The translations under genes were made by a program, and so were the position numbers. The notes under the pieces were generated by a model. That model was given only the letters and a program-made list of their open reading frames with translations. It did no database searches and was not told the origin of the DNA. From positions 147,658 through 211,657 of the forward strand of contig NMRA01000579.1 of assembly GCA_002633005.1 (NCBI GenBank): 64,000 nt of DNA, written 5' to 3'. The stretch comes from Phoronis australis. Taxonomy: Eukaryota; Animalia; Phoronida. This document shows, piece after piece, positions 38,764-51,900 of this stretch (the first letter of the stretch is position 1; each line of letters starts with the position of its first letter).

Positions 38764-40705
38764 TTTTTAACATTATCTTGCTAACCGACTCCGGCTTTCA
38801 AGCGGACCTTTATAGTCTCGAACCTAAATGTTATGCCGTTACGTTTAAAACTAACAATAACTTTTTCATGCGTTAGATGTGGTAAATTGTTGCAATTAAA
38901 TCTTTAAAAACATTTAAAAGTCACAATTTTATCACAATTTTTGTTTGTGTTTTCTCTACCAAATTGGTAATTATTGAGAGTATCACTACTCAATCAATAG
39001 ATGGCGCACACGTCTTATAGCAAAGATTTTATAGTTACAGTTTTTCTTTCGGGTGAGCATCATTGCCCACCCGTGACACCACGACGTATGTTTTATCATT
39101 GAAAATTAAACGACACTTTTTCACAGGGTCTAAATTTAACGTCTGTAATTGTTAAACCGCGAAAAATTGCCTAGCCGTTGGAAAACTTTCTGGCTAGTTG
39201 AAGAGCACTTTTTTACACTTTCCATGATGGTAGACTACACTTTTTAACTTCTCATAGTCAGAGTCGCGGGCACTTTTGTAGTAAGAAAACTGAAAAAAGT
39301 TAGACATGGTCAACCTAAGGATAAATATCTCTCTCTATCTCCCTTTCAAACTCGCGCCAATGCGCCAAAATAATGGTACGTCCGCGAGGTTTTTAACTAT
39401 TTGAAACAGGCCAATGCACCTCACTGACATGGTAAAACCGGAGGTATGCTTTTAGGTATCGAGACCCGTTGGAGACCCCTGTTGTCAACAATGTTCGCTG
39501 TAGCAAAAGAAACTTCATCTAAGGGGCGGCCAGAGTTTGGAATAGGCTTTCCTTCTGCGGTCAGTTCATTAGCTAGATCATCAAGATCTGCAGACTGCTA
39601 TTAAAATCCTGGGACGAGGTCCGATGTAAATTTGTTACGTAGAAAAGTTTTATAAAATTGTAAACATTTTGTCAATTAATTAATTATTCATTGTTTCGTC
39701 TCTATCATGGTCCGTGAGACCAAGATGTGGGTTTGTACCTTATTATGCTAATCGTGTAAACTGTGCCATTTGTAAAGTTTTTGTAACTTATTTCTTATTA
39801 TTTACTTTATGTATTGTCTGTAATTTTACAACTAAGTTGGTCAGCGGAAAATCTTGTCTAAATTTTATGTTTTCGTTTCATTGTGTACTGACAAATAAAG
39901 ATTATATTCTATATAATTGTATTCCACAGTTCTATCCTGAGAAGGTTGTTTTTTTTTCAAAAAACACGACTAAATTTCGGCGCATCTGAGCGTGCGAGCG
40001 GCGTCCCAAGGGGTAATAGGCACATCCGCGGGCCGTCTTCCATGGAGGGGCAGGGGTCCTTGTCATCCGTAATGTGATGCCGCGGACGTGAAAGTAAGTT
40101 CATAAAAACTTAAAAAAGACAACTCATTTTCATAGTAGGTCTCTCCAATAGGGACCTTTTAAAGGGACCTCTACAGCCATGCGCGCACCCAGCCTTCAAT
40201 ATGGGGGGGCTCGAATTCCTGACTTTGTGGACCTTTTGATAACAAAAAAGAGGGCGGACTAAAAAAAGGAGAAAAAAAAAACGGGAGCACCATTGTGAAT
40301 TACGCGTTTGCGCATGTTTAATGGACTTATGCCTCATTTTCACGGACGCCGTTTTGTCTCTCAGAGGCGGACCTTTTTGCCCATTTCGCCAAATGGGTGG
40401 GCTCGTTCGAGCACTCGATTTACTTAGCCGCTTCCAACACGTCAACGGTGCGTTCCCGTAGACGAAAGAACATCGCGGGTAATCTACTGTGATCACGTGC
40501 GATACGTGGTAAAGGAAACTTGGGAAATAAAGCTTTCAGGCATAATTGATTGCACACAAGCCTGTGCATTAGCACAAGAAGAAGGACTTATAAATTTAAG
40601 AAAACATTTGTCCAAAACTGAGAGCTGTTCCGGTCCACCCCACAAAAATGTGCCAGTACACTGAATAATAAATACACCACAAATTTCAGGATTGCAAAGA
40701 CAAAG

Positions 40706-40711
40706 TTTATT
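40706..40711 (-). promoter_or_regulatory. Candidate polyadenylation signal of HMGCR (implies a ~2.2 kb 3'UTR)
   Basis: TTTATT on + = AATAAA on -, with T/GT-rich sequence further downstream on the - strand. Confidence 0.5.
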
Positions 40712-41128
40712 TACAAATAAGAACAACAAACGGACCAATTCAAAAATACACTCACATATTTTTCAACAAGAATAAAGATACTCCTGTGTTAGCTCAACAA
40801 ACACTATATAAAGCTCAATTTACAGTGAATTATAACAACTCACTACAACATCAGCCTATTCCTAATGACAATTATGCTTCACAATCACAGAATAATGCCA
40901 GGTGGTGCCTAGATGACCTATTATAATTTCTAGCAACAGACCTATGACAAATACTAATCACAGACCACAGTGGCCATTTTGTGTGTGTTACCTAGTAACA
41001 CAACATAAATTACTTTTTACCGGGATATCATCTGAAAGACATAATTAACTTCACATTTAACTGATTTCCTTGCATCTCCCATTGCAACAGCACCATCTCA
41101 GGTGCAACAAAGGTCATCGTGCAACAGA

Positions 41129-41142
41129 GTGCCACCTGGTGG
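41129..41142 (-). promoter_or_regulatory. CTCF core motif CCACCAGGTGGCAC
   Basis: gtgccacctggtgg on +, a near-consensus CTCF core. Confidence 0.4.
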
Positions 41143-42923
41143 CCAATGCGCTGAATGCAGTCATTAACCTTAGCAATTTAAACTTAAACTTTGCCAACTC
41201 TACATGAAATAATTATTCTCCACGTGCTTAAGTGGGGAACTATTTGGCAGGACAGCACATTTAGGGATAATTTCATGTTCCTATAGCTACCAAATCATTA
41301 ATTGGCTCAAATAAGACAACAATGCTCTAACTATCCTGCAGGCTAATCTCCAATGCAACAAATAAGTCACACCCCAAATTTAACTCTCCTCTTTCACAGG
41401 ATAAAAAAGACAAACTGTGACTGGCCATGCATTTGGAAGGTCGTTGATAAGGAAAGGACAATATATCACTCCGACCTAGCATGTCAATTTGTGTCAGCAC
41501 TGCATGTCTAAAATCACAAGTCAAATTAATTTTTGCTATAAAATAGCAATTAGCACCGAAGCAGAGTACAACAAAGGGGTAGGGGGAGGCGGGTGTTAGG
41601 GCCTACCAATGACCATAGCTGGTTCTGCAGTATTGTGAGATGCGACCATAAATTTACTGAACCTTCAAATATACTTTTTTTTTAAATTGCTGAAACCTCG
41701 TTTTATCACTGGTTTTGCAACTAGACAACATTTTATGAGTTTTCACAGTTTTTAAGTTTTTCCACAAACACGCTGAGGTGGTGGACTTTGTTGCCAATGT
41801 TTCAGACATTTCTAAGGATACCAACAAAAAATTTTACGCGATTATTGTTAGAGGACGCAAAGGCACATGGTGGACCATAAATATCAAGAACCGCTTCGAT
41901 GTATAACACACAAAAAACTGAATTTCAACCACCTTGTTCGCGTAATTCAGTGCATTACTGGCATTTTTACACACAAATCTGGTTTTCTCATAGTTGAAAC
42001 TTGCATACAATAATCATAATTCCACTGATTTCTTGAAGAGCATAGCCCAGCTTGTTGATGCAGTCTTTATTTTTGTGAACTCCGTGGCTAGAACACCACA
42101 GTAACCCATGTAATTTTAAAAGCCAATACATCAAAACTTTAGCACTCAGAGAAAGAGAAACCACGGTGGTTTTAAATGACATTGCACAAGGCACAGCTGT
42201 AGTATAGTAGTGGGAGATTAATGGCGAGAATCCTAAGACTCAATACTGTTCTCTTCTCCTATCTTATCCCCCCCCTCAAGGGATCTTGAGATCAATGACT
42301 GATACAAGCTTTGCACTAATAGAGACGTTTCGTAAAACCAAGTAAAAACCAATCAACTAAAATGGCGTTATTGCCTTCATCTTCAAAATAATGTCCATTT
42401 GCAAAAACTCTAAATCAACTTTAAGGTGACAGCGAATAAAGTGAAAAGAAACTACCAATCAAAATTTACTTTTACTACCAGTGTACAAACAAAGGATAGA
42501 GCTACAGGGAAATTTTTGAAAAAATGAAAGATACTTTCCAACCACAAATCAATAAAAACTTTGAAAAAATTTTAAGACAACTTCTTCCATAACTTGAAAC
42601 AGATTTCCTTACAGGTTTCCACAATTTTAGACACAGCTTTCACCAAGTATATTATCAAATTAGAGACAAAATTTTTTTTTTGAAAACCATTGCACCTCAA
42701 AGAATGGATCAACCACCACATCTCTCCCAGAGACTACTGGGCCACCTATAGGCTACTGTACCACCTACAACTCCAGCCCAGTGCTTCTCACTTCAGCTCT
42801 GACAATCAGACTACATGTCAGTTGTACTTCAAGCTTGTTGGTCCCGGGAGGTGACACTAATTTCTCCTTGACAATGAGACTATGCGACATCCCTACTTCG
42901 AACTTGCGAGTCCTAGGTACTGA

Positions 42924-45900
42924 CTACGAGGCGTTTGTTGTGCAGGTTCCAGGCTCGCTAATCTTGGCTAGACTAGGCGTGGACGATATAGACGACTGTG
43001 AAGGCGCCATGTTAAGTTTTGATCTGAAGAGAGAAAGAGAAACACAGAATTATTACGCGTCGAAATTTAACGCTTACACAAACTAATTACCTAAATCAAA
43101 GTTTACCAAGCAAAGAAATAATTAAGGCAAAGATATCAATAATCGTTACAAAATGTATTCAAGTGGAAAACTGAAGCTAACAGGACTTTTGGATAATAAA
43201 CATCACTAACACAAACACTAACACGGTTTTAATAATTTAATATGAAGTTTGATTAGCTCTAGAGCCTCTGAACAACTCCGACCCAAGAGCCAGGGTGATA
43301 AAAAGAAAAGACGAGCCTCCCATGACGATAGAAATGTTATTTGTATGGTACTTCTGGCAAATTGATTGCGGACCAAGCCCGTGTCGATGTTACAGCAACA
43401 AAGGGGACTATGACTGTTTATATATCATTCTCGCAATTACAACATGAGCCAACCACAGGGACAGGTAGTTTCATAAGTCACCAATATCCACCAGCCATGC
43501 TAAAACTAAGGCTGTGGCCCTATAGACAAAACAAAGTGAATTCTGCAATGTTTAAAAAAGTAACGACCCAGCATGACCTTGGAGTTGAAAATAATACCAT
43601 GCTGCTTTTAACGACAGTTCTTGTGTTTTTTGTAAAACAATCATGACTAAAATTCTACATACAGTCAAAATTTATAAAATATGAACTGGCTATTTACAAT
43701 CCAGGAATAAAAAAATAATATCAAACACGTGTTGTAAAGTATGAATTTGAATGTAAAGGCAATGGCGACGGGATTTTACGGTAACAGTCCCTTCATCACC
43801 AGACAGTAGTGACCTTGACTCACCTGTTGTACTTCAGATGACTCTTGACCAGATGACCAGCGGCCAGTGCAGACATAAGAGACAGTTCTCCAGCCAGCAC
43901 CGTGCTACAGATGACCCGGGCCAGAGTGGCAGCGTGGTCGCCAGGGCGATCGGCGCAGCTACCACGAATACCCAGCATCTGGAAGAGAGAGAGGTATACT
44001 CTGAACATGCGGAACTACTTCACACCACTGCTCTTCTGCAAGTCCATACATTATGATTGTACTGGTTTCCGAACGTACCACATTACCACATGTAATTGAA
44101 TGTAGAAACAGTTTTGAATGAAGAATGAAGACACTATCCCCTGCTCCACAACTTCAGTGATGACAAAGAGTGCTACATAGCATATGACTGAAGTAGCCAG
44201 ACACACAGACATGTCACAAGTCTCTACTTACACAGTACTATATACTGAGCATGTGCTTAAAATACAATACTTACGTCTAGGCAAGCTGCCTGAGGTGGCA
44301 GTACAGTGCCGCCCCCTACAGTGCCAATTTCTATAGACGGCATTGTACAGCTGATGAGAAGGTCCTCATGGTCGGGACCTGTGGCTTCCATCAGCGTCAT
44401 ACAGTTAGCACTGGCGATCACTTGGGCAGCATCCTAAAGGAAACAGTGTGATAGATAATGTCAGAGGCTTTCTTCAGATCTACAACTCGGTGCATAATGT
44501 GTAGTATCACTGCACAGTAACAAGCACAAAACCCAACTTGAGCAGAGCCCTTGAAGAGCAAGTGCAATACATTGTGTCAAAGGCTTTTCCAAAATCTACA
44601 ATTTTCACCTCCAAAGCAACCAAGCTTGAGTGAATTCCAGCCAAATACTGAAGTTCAAAGCATTACAGAAGCTGTATTTTTGCAACAAGCAATAAGACTT
44701 TGGAAGAAATGTAACTATCAAAGAAACAGCCTTTTTACATACAAAATATATCATTTCACATTTTTGAAGTAAAAACACAAATGGTACTCACCTGCCCACA
44801 GGCAATGAAGATAGCAGCAACTATATTTGAAGCGTGAGCATTAAACCCGCCGATACTGCCCGCCACGGCCGAGCCAATGAGGTTCTTGTTGATGTTGAGA
44901 TCGACAAGGGCGTGAACGTTGGTCTTAAGGACACTCTTTACTACACTTCCAGGCACAATAGCCTCACATACTACAGACTTGCCACGTCCCTCAATCCTGT
45001 AAACAGAAACATGTTTCTTTGAAACCAAGATCGTTCCTTATCTGGAGAAATATCCGGATTGTTAAAAACAGAACTATTTGTTGGCTAGCAAACAACACAA
45101 CAGAGGTCTCGTTTCCAAGATAGATGTTGCGCAAGCTACCGAAGAATTGACTGCAGTTTGCGATAATTCAATTCTTCACAAACCTCAATATTATAGAAAA
45201 ACGCATGGCATTATCGTGCAATATGGGACATCAAAAGCAATAACAAAAGACCATTCAAAAGGGTTCATATCTGTTGCTTTCAACATGCAAACTGTTTTTG
45301 CACGTACTCTGAAATGTCACCTATTTCTACGACGTATTGATTGACCGATCTCGAGGAGGCAACTCGTGGCCAAACCAGTCTTGCCACCTGGTGACTGGGC
45401 GAGTAACGGATGATTTTATTGTGCAAAACACTGTCAATTGGTTGAGCAGAAATTCCTAGCATGCTGGCAGGAATACCCACGGTTTAGAAACATTTTCCAA
45501 AGTTACGAGATCAGACAGATACAGAAGACAGAGAGAAGCACTTTTTACTTTCTAGAAAGAAGTAACTGGACAGGGAAGCACAAAGGAATCAAGCAAATCC
45601 AAAGTCTGCACGAGAACCGCCAGCAGAAGACGCGGTCACTCACCAGTTAATGGAGGACACTTTCTTGTCCGTGCAGTAATTTCCACTTAGACTAAGTATC
45701 TCCATTTCGGGGAACTCTTCGTGAATCATGGCTAATGCTTTCTCTGCACCCTGTAACAGAGCTCAACTGGGTGAGACAAACGATGCAAATGGAAGAAATC
45801 AAAAAAAGAACAAACTACGCAGCGTAACTTAGCAACCACAAAAATCTCGACGGTGAATGACATTACACAAGAGATACAGATTTCAAGACGTAGTCTATTT

Positions 45901-48900
45901 ACCCCAACGTCTAGATTAGTTGTACAGAGGTGGGTGCAAGTGGAGCAAACAAAGAATTCAGTAATTCTATAANCAAGCAAATCCAAAGTTTGCACGAGAA
46001 CCGCCAGCAGGAGCCGCGGTCACTCACCAGTTAATGGAGGACACTTTCTTGTCCGTGCAGTAATTTCCACTCAGACTAAGTATCTCCATGTCGGGGAACT
46101 CTTCGTGAATCATGGCTAATGCTTTCTCTGCACCCTGTAACAGAGCTCAACTGGGTGAGACAAACGATGCAAATGGAAGAAATCAAAAAAAGAACAAACT
46201 ACGCAGCGTAACTTAGCAACCACAAAAATCTCGACGGTGAATGACATTACACAAGAGATACAGATTTCAAGACGTAGTCTATTTACCCCAACGTCTAGAT
46301 TAGTTGTACAGAGGTGGGTGCAAGTGGAGCAAACAAAGAATTCAGTAATTCTATAAAAACATCTATCTTAAATGATTTCAGGAAGTTATACACCCACCCA
46401 CAGATGTTCATAATCATCCCATTACAGACATGTAACCCCATAACAACATTTCAGCAAACAATCAGGGTCACTAAAAGTTAGACAGTACTAAATGCAACAC
46501 CCTTGCCTCCTGACAGTTTACTAAATCTCTTTGCTGGGGCTTGGATTGAAGGTTAAAGGTTAAATAATATGGAGGGCAAGCAAGGCCAAACAAACCCTTA
46601 AATAACCAATTAAATAGAGCAAGAGCTAATAAAAGCACAGCCAGTCAGCTTGACTTACTTTAGAGACCATGTTCATACCCATGGCATCGCCCGTCTTGGA
46701 CACAAATCGTATGTAAAGCAGGCGACCTGCTTGGGCCATTTGGAGGCGTTGAAGGCGAGCAAACCTATAACAAGAGTAAGCAGTTGACGCAAAAGCAGGA
46801 ACAATTTACTGCAATGATCCCAGTCTTTGTATATCTGTTCTTTAACAAAAGCACAAAATTAATACATCCTTATGTGCTGCAGATTTAGAGCATGGTGACC
46901 CTTTAATTTTTCTTCCCCTATAAATTTGGGATCAATGAGAAAGACTTGTTTTTATGGAGAATTGAGACGAAACTCTAACTACAGCCATCAGAGCTTATTA
47001 CACTAGGACACAGCAAATCCTGCTTAAGTAAAACGAAAGGAACAAAATTTTATCCAAACTTTGATTCAGACCAAGTGGCAGTGCCGGCAAGCTGCTCAGA
47101 TGTTGCGGTAAACAACTCGCTCTGTCTGCATTCACGCAAGCCTGACATGGTAAAGCAATTAAAACCAATCACACAGACACTCTGGTGCAACCAATCACAC
47201 GGACACTCTGGTGCAACCAATCACACGGACACTCTGGTGCAACCAATCACACAGACACTCTGGTGTAACCAATCACATGGACACTCTGGTGCAGCCAATC
47301 ACATGGACACTCTGGTGCAACCAATCAGACGGACACTACTTCACTGACCAATGACACGGACACACTGCCGCTACACTACTCACCGACTCGTCTCGTCAAA
47401 CGCGTCCTTGACCTTGTCAAAGTTGTCATTGTTCTCCAACCACAGTTTCAAGCGACACGCCTCCGTTGCCGATTGCAGCCTAACAACGGGGCCACGCGTC
47501 ATGCCATCACCAAGGAGACAGCTGGTCACGCCGGAGCCCATCTGGAAGAATCGAAGGAAACACAACCAGGTTACACAGGGAACTATGCACAAAGGAATAA
47601 GTATGTAACATGGTCCACTGACAACATGGCACAACATAAGCCCAAAATCTAGAATAAATACTGTCAAAGTCAGGAAAAAATGCATACAAAACTTCTCATT
47701 CAAGTATACGTGACCACTTTTTGTCAAGCACAGTAGGTTTTCCAAGTCCTAAAATACCAATGACAAAAAGCAGCTTAAAAGTTACGTGGCCAGCTTAAAA
47801 TTTGTAATTGATTATAGAACACCACTCCTCCTCTGGCCAACCAAAAGCTTTCATTTAAAGTCTTAGAAATGAAACCTGTGGCCTATGGTTAAATCACAAC
47901 TTACTCCCAGTGCCCTACAGCCTCGGTTTGTGCTGGCAACTAGGCAACCCTCAGTGGTTGCCATGGGAACATGGTATTCCTTGCCATCAATGCGGATAGG
48001 TCCAGCCACGCCCACGGGAATGGGTAAGTAGCCAATCACATTCTCGCAGCATGAATTGGTTACCTAGGAGACGCAACAACGAAAGATTCATAGAAGTTGA
48101 GCCGTATTAAACATTACCAAGTAACACTACGTTTCTCAACCAATAGGTGGATTTTTGTCCCACTTTCTTTGACATCCGGCCGCGAACTTTTTCCCGCACA
48201 ACAGAAATTCGCCTGAGGTTTGTTCGACCTCATGCTGGTTTTCACCATGCATGGTCATAAATGTTACGTGAAATTATGTTAAGCTTGTAAAAGGCCAAGT
48301 GATCTAACTATTCACCGACTAGTATTGAAACACAACACCAGTGGAGCTCATCACCTGCCAACAGCAAACATTCAACACAGAACTATTTAGGGCAGAATGA
48401 GCATGAAACAGACTTCTACTTGAATCAATCCAAAATTTCGTCTACCTAAAATTTGCACCGCAGGCTTTTTGGACTAGTTGCAAAACATCCTAACAAACAA
48501 CGAAAATACGATACGACAACTGCAACAATTTGATAAAAATGCTGTTAATAATAACACTAATGAATTTACACTTTATTTCAAATAAATTATAGTCTACGCT
48601 GAACATTTAGCCAACAAAATTATTGGCATCGTGTGACAAAATTATTTCAACCAAAACCACACCAATTATTTACAATACATCAAAAGTTCACTTACATATT
48701 TGTAGTCATATTTGGTATAGGGGAGTCCACTGAGCACCTCTTCTTTAGCTAGTGACCGCAGTAGCATATCCCGACGTATCTTTATCCCCCGTACATCGTC
48801 ACCTAGCACCGTCTCCAGCTTGTAGGCGGGGATCGACTTGTTCTTGACCAATAGGATGATCTCGTCATCGGTGAGTTCAGATGGACCATCCTGTGGTGAG

Positions 48901-51900
48901 AATTGACAACATCAACGTCAATAAGAAACATTCTACATACAACTCTGAAGTGCTTTCGATGTGCATAGGCAAACTTCCGTCGACCAAATTTCTAATTCCA
49001 ATTCGCAAAGATAGGCCAAGATTACAGGGACGCAATTTCCTTCAGACAACGGATGTCTTTTGTGAACTGTTCCAGTATCATAATGCATAACAATGGTACT
49101 TTGACGGTATGATGATGGCAAAGAATTAAATGCTAGAGATCTTCCACTGAATCAAATCCACCAACTAAGGCGAACTTCGTCATGTCAAAGCTATATCGGA
49201 AAATGGCTGTTAGCTTCGATGCAACTCTTTCATGTGAATTTATCTCTCTGAGACAAAATCGAAACATAACATCTAAAACACAGTACCCGTTTTTTCAAAA
49301 TCCAATCACATAATACCATTACAACTACCCAACTCACATCAGACTTGAGTATAGCTATGCACTCCTTGAGAGGCCGTGGCTCTCTAGGAGTGCTCTCCAG
49401 CTGGGCCAGGGGGCTGGGCTCATCATCGTCACCCCAGTCAGTCTGAGTCTCCTTAGTCTCCAGTTCTTTGCCAGAGTCCGACTCACTGTCTGAGTAGTCA
49501 CCAATGATGAACGCCGTCGTGGGCTTGGACTCCACCGTTTCCACTTGGACTGAATCACCTAGCAACCAAACATTGTGTTAATTAACAACCACGGGCATGT
49601 GTCTTACAACATGATGATTTTTCTTCGAGGGAAGAATTACCTTTTTTTGGAACTGAACTAGCCTAAGTAGTAGGGGTGTCACGCAGTGAATGCCGGACTC
49701 CAATGAATGAATTTCTTAGCTCAGTACTATGGGATCACCCTTGTTGTACTGATAGACTAACCCAGATTGTTCTCCACATTGAGGCATGACTGAATGGTAA
49801 GGATTTTCACAGTTACTAAAACCTTCCGAGGGTATGTGTGAGTTAAAACTGATTCTAACTTTGAGGTGAAATGCTTTATCACTGGAAGGGAATTTTGGGG
49901 CAGGACATGGGAAATTTTGGGCCATTTCTAAGTTTTTTCTTCAGATGATAGTGGGGCCAACATTCGGCCCAATATCAAGTCATTGAGGGCTCTGATTAAA
50001 GAACTAACATAATACAAACATCAATGAAATTTGCCTTTTGCATTTTTAAGTAACCACAATTTAAATAAAACACTCTGCATGGGACGGATTTTTATTACTA
50101 TTACAGCCACCCAGTAAGCATTTAGCCAAGATATACAAAAGCACCTGCCTACCTGTTGACTTGCTGACCTCAAGACCTTCATCCTTGACTACAGGCTCTG
50201 CCTTGCTTGTGGTTTCGTCTGTGTTTAGTTTAACACTGTTGACTTGAATGTCTTCATCAATGAGAATATACTTGATAGCCAGTAGCACCACTAAGGCCAT
50301 GGGAACGGTCCAGTCATAGCCAATGGAGAACAACCTGACAATGAGAATCAACAAGAATACTACATGTGACAATGATTGACAAGCAATGCCCCGCCTTCTA
50401 ACAAGACTATAAGAAGCATAGTTTATGAGTCAATTGTCTCTTATCCGCGCTATGATTCCGACACATATACATCACAAGACAGTCACTCACTACTGAAGAT
50501 TAGATATTTAGATAATCCTCAAGCAATAAGACTTAAGGTGGCTATGAAACTGCCTTCCATCACAAAACAAACTTTGAATTTAGAGCACTAACCCTTGTGA
50601 AATTGGTCTCAAATTGTCCTGTGGTCAACTTGGTGTTGAATCCAATGCTTCAGAACAATTGACAGTTTGTTATTGCATGGGATTAGGTTCTATAGGTTGG
50701 GTTGTCATTGTGTGTCATTTTATGCACTAAGCATGGTCTCCACTCTTTGAAAACCCACGAATCACCAAGTGAGGAACAAAATGGGATCAATTTTAATACA
50801 GTGCCAGGCCGAAATCAAGTTTCACGTCTTGGACGAAACCGTGATACCGTAGAGTATTTAAACCATGAACAGGGCCAAACCGACAGTACTTACTCACCTC
50901 ATGAGATAGAACTGCCAGATTGGCATTGTAGGAGTGATCTCCTTTGGTAAATTGGACGGGTTTGCAACACTAGAGGTGAGGGGCGCGTCAGCCTGAGAGG
51001 CAATCCATCGACTATGGGCGTGTACCAGTACCAGGCCAGCTGACTGAAAGCATAGAAATTACATTCATTATATCAGCATCTAATGAGACTGGCAGGTTAA
51101 AAATTTATAACAGGATTTGAAGGGAAAACAACAGGATTTGACGTATATGTGTGTACACTAGATTTTGATTAGTACATGCATCAGTATTTCATCTAAAACA
51201 TGAAAATTATTACACTTCACAAAGGAAAGGTTCTCACTTATATCAGATGTCTACTTTTCAAGAATTTGCCATCAGTTTTTCACGACTCAATTTTCATTTT
51301 CGACGAACTGTTTTCCCCCAAATACTTCGTTATAGATGTTTCTCAGGCAAAACAGAGAACATCAACTTGCCTAGACTCACGAACTGCAACTTTTTTATCT
51401 ATCCATAATTTTTACCGTTTTCTAACTTCCATGAGTTTTCCCTGGATAGGAAATACTCTAGTCATTTTTTCAGGTTTTCCATCAAGTAGGAAGCACGAAG
51501 CGCATGAAATTGGCGTCATAATTATTTAGCAACACCTGTTTTGTTTGATATTGTGCCTGAGAAGAAATAATGCAAAAACTGGAGTTATGGATTAACATGC
51601 TAGTACTATGCTGGCAACACCTCTGGTATATAAGCCGTCTGAAATTTGATTCACCTCAGTCCAAAGTTCACAACTTTTGGGCCTTCAGAAAAGCATGTAA
51701 CACAACTCATTCACAGAACTCTAAACACTCGTCAATATTCTAACAGGAGGCAATATTTATTGCTGAACAGACTAAAATAGCTCATTTTCATCATTCGTTT
51801 CATAAGCACTGTAAAACCTTCTTCGGTATACAGTAGTTTACAAAAAAAGGAGTTTAATAACGAATTTTGTCCAAATTCGCCGAAAACTCAGAGGTAAACC

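Noticed and set aside
13515-47360. Tandem arrays (13.5-14.1k, 32.1k, 34.6k, 47.2k) as CRISPR arrays
   Set aside because: Contiguous units with no unique spacers, no cas genes, and located in spliceosomal introns.
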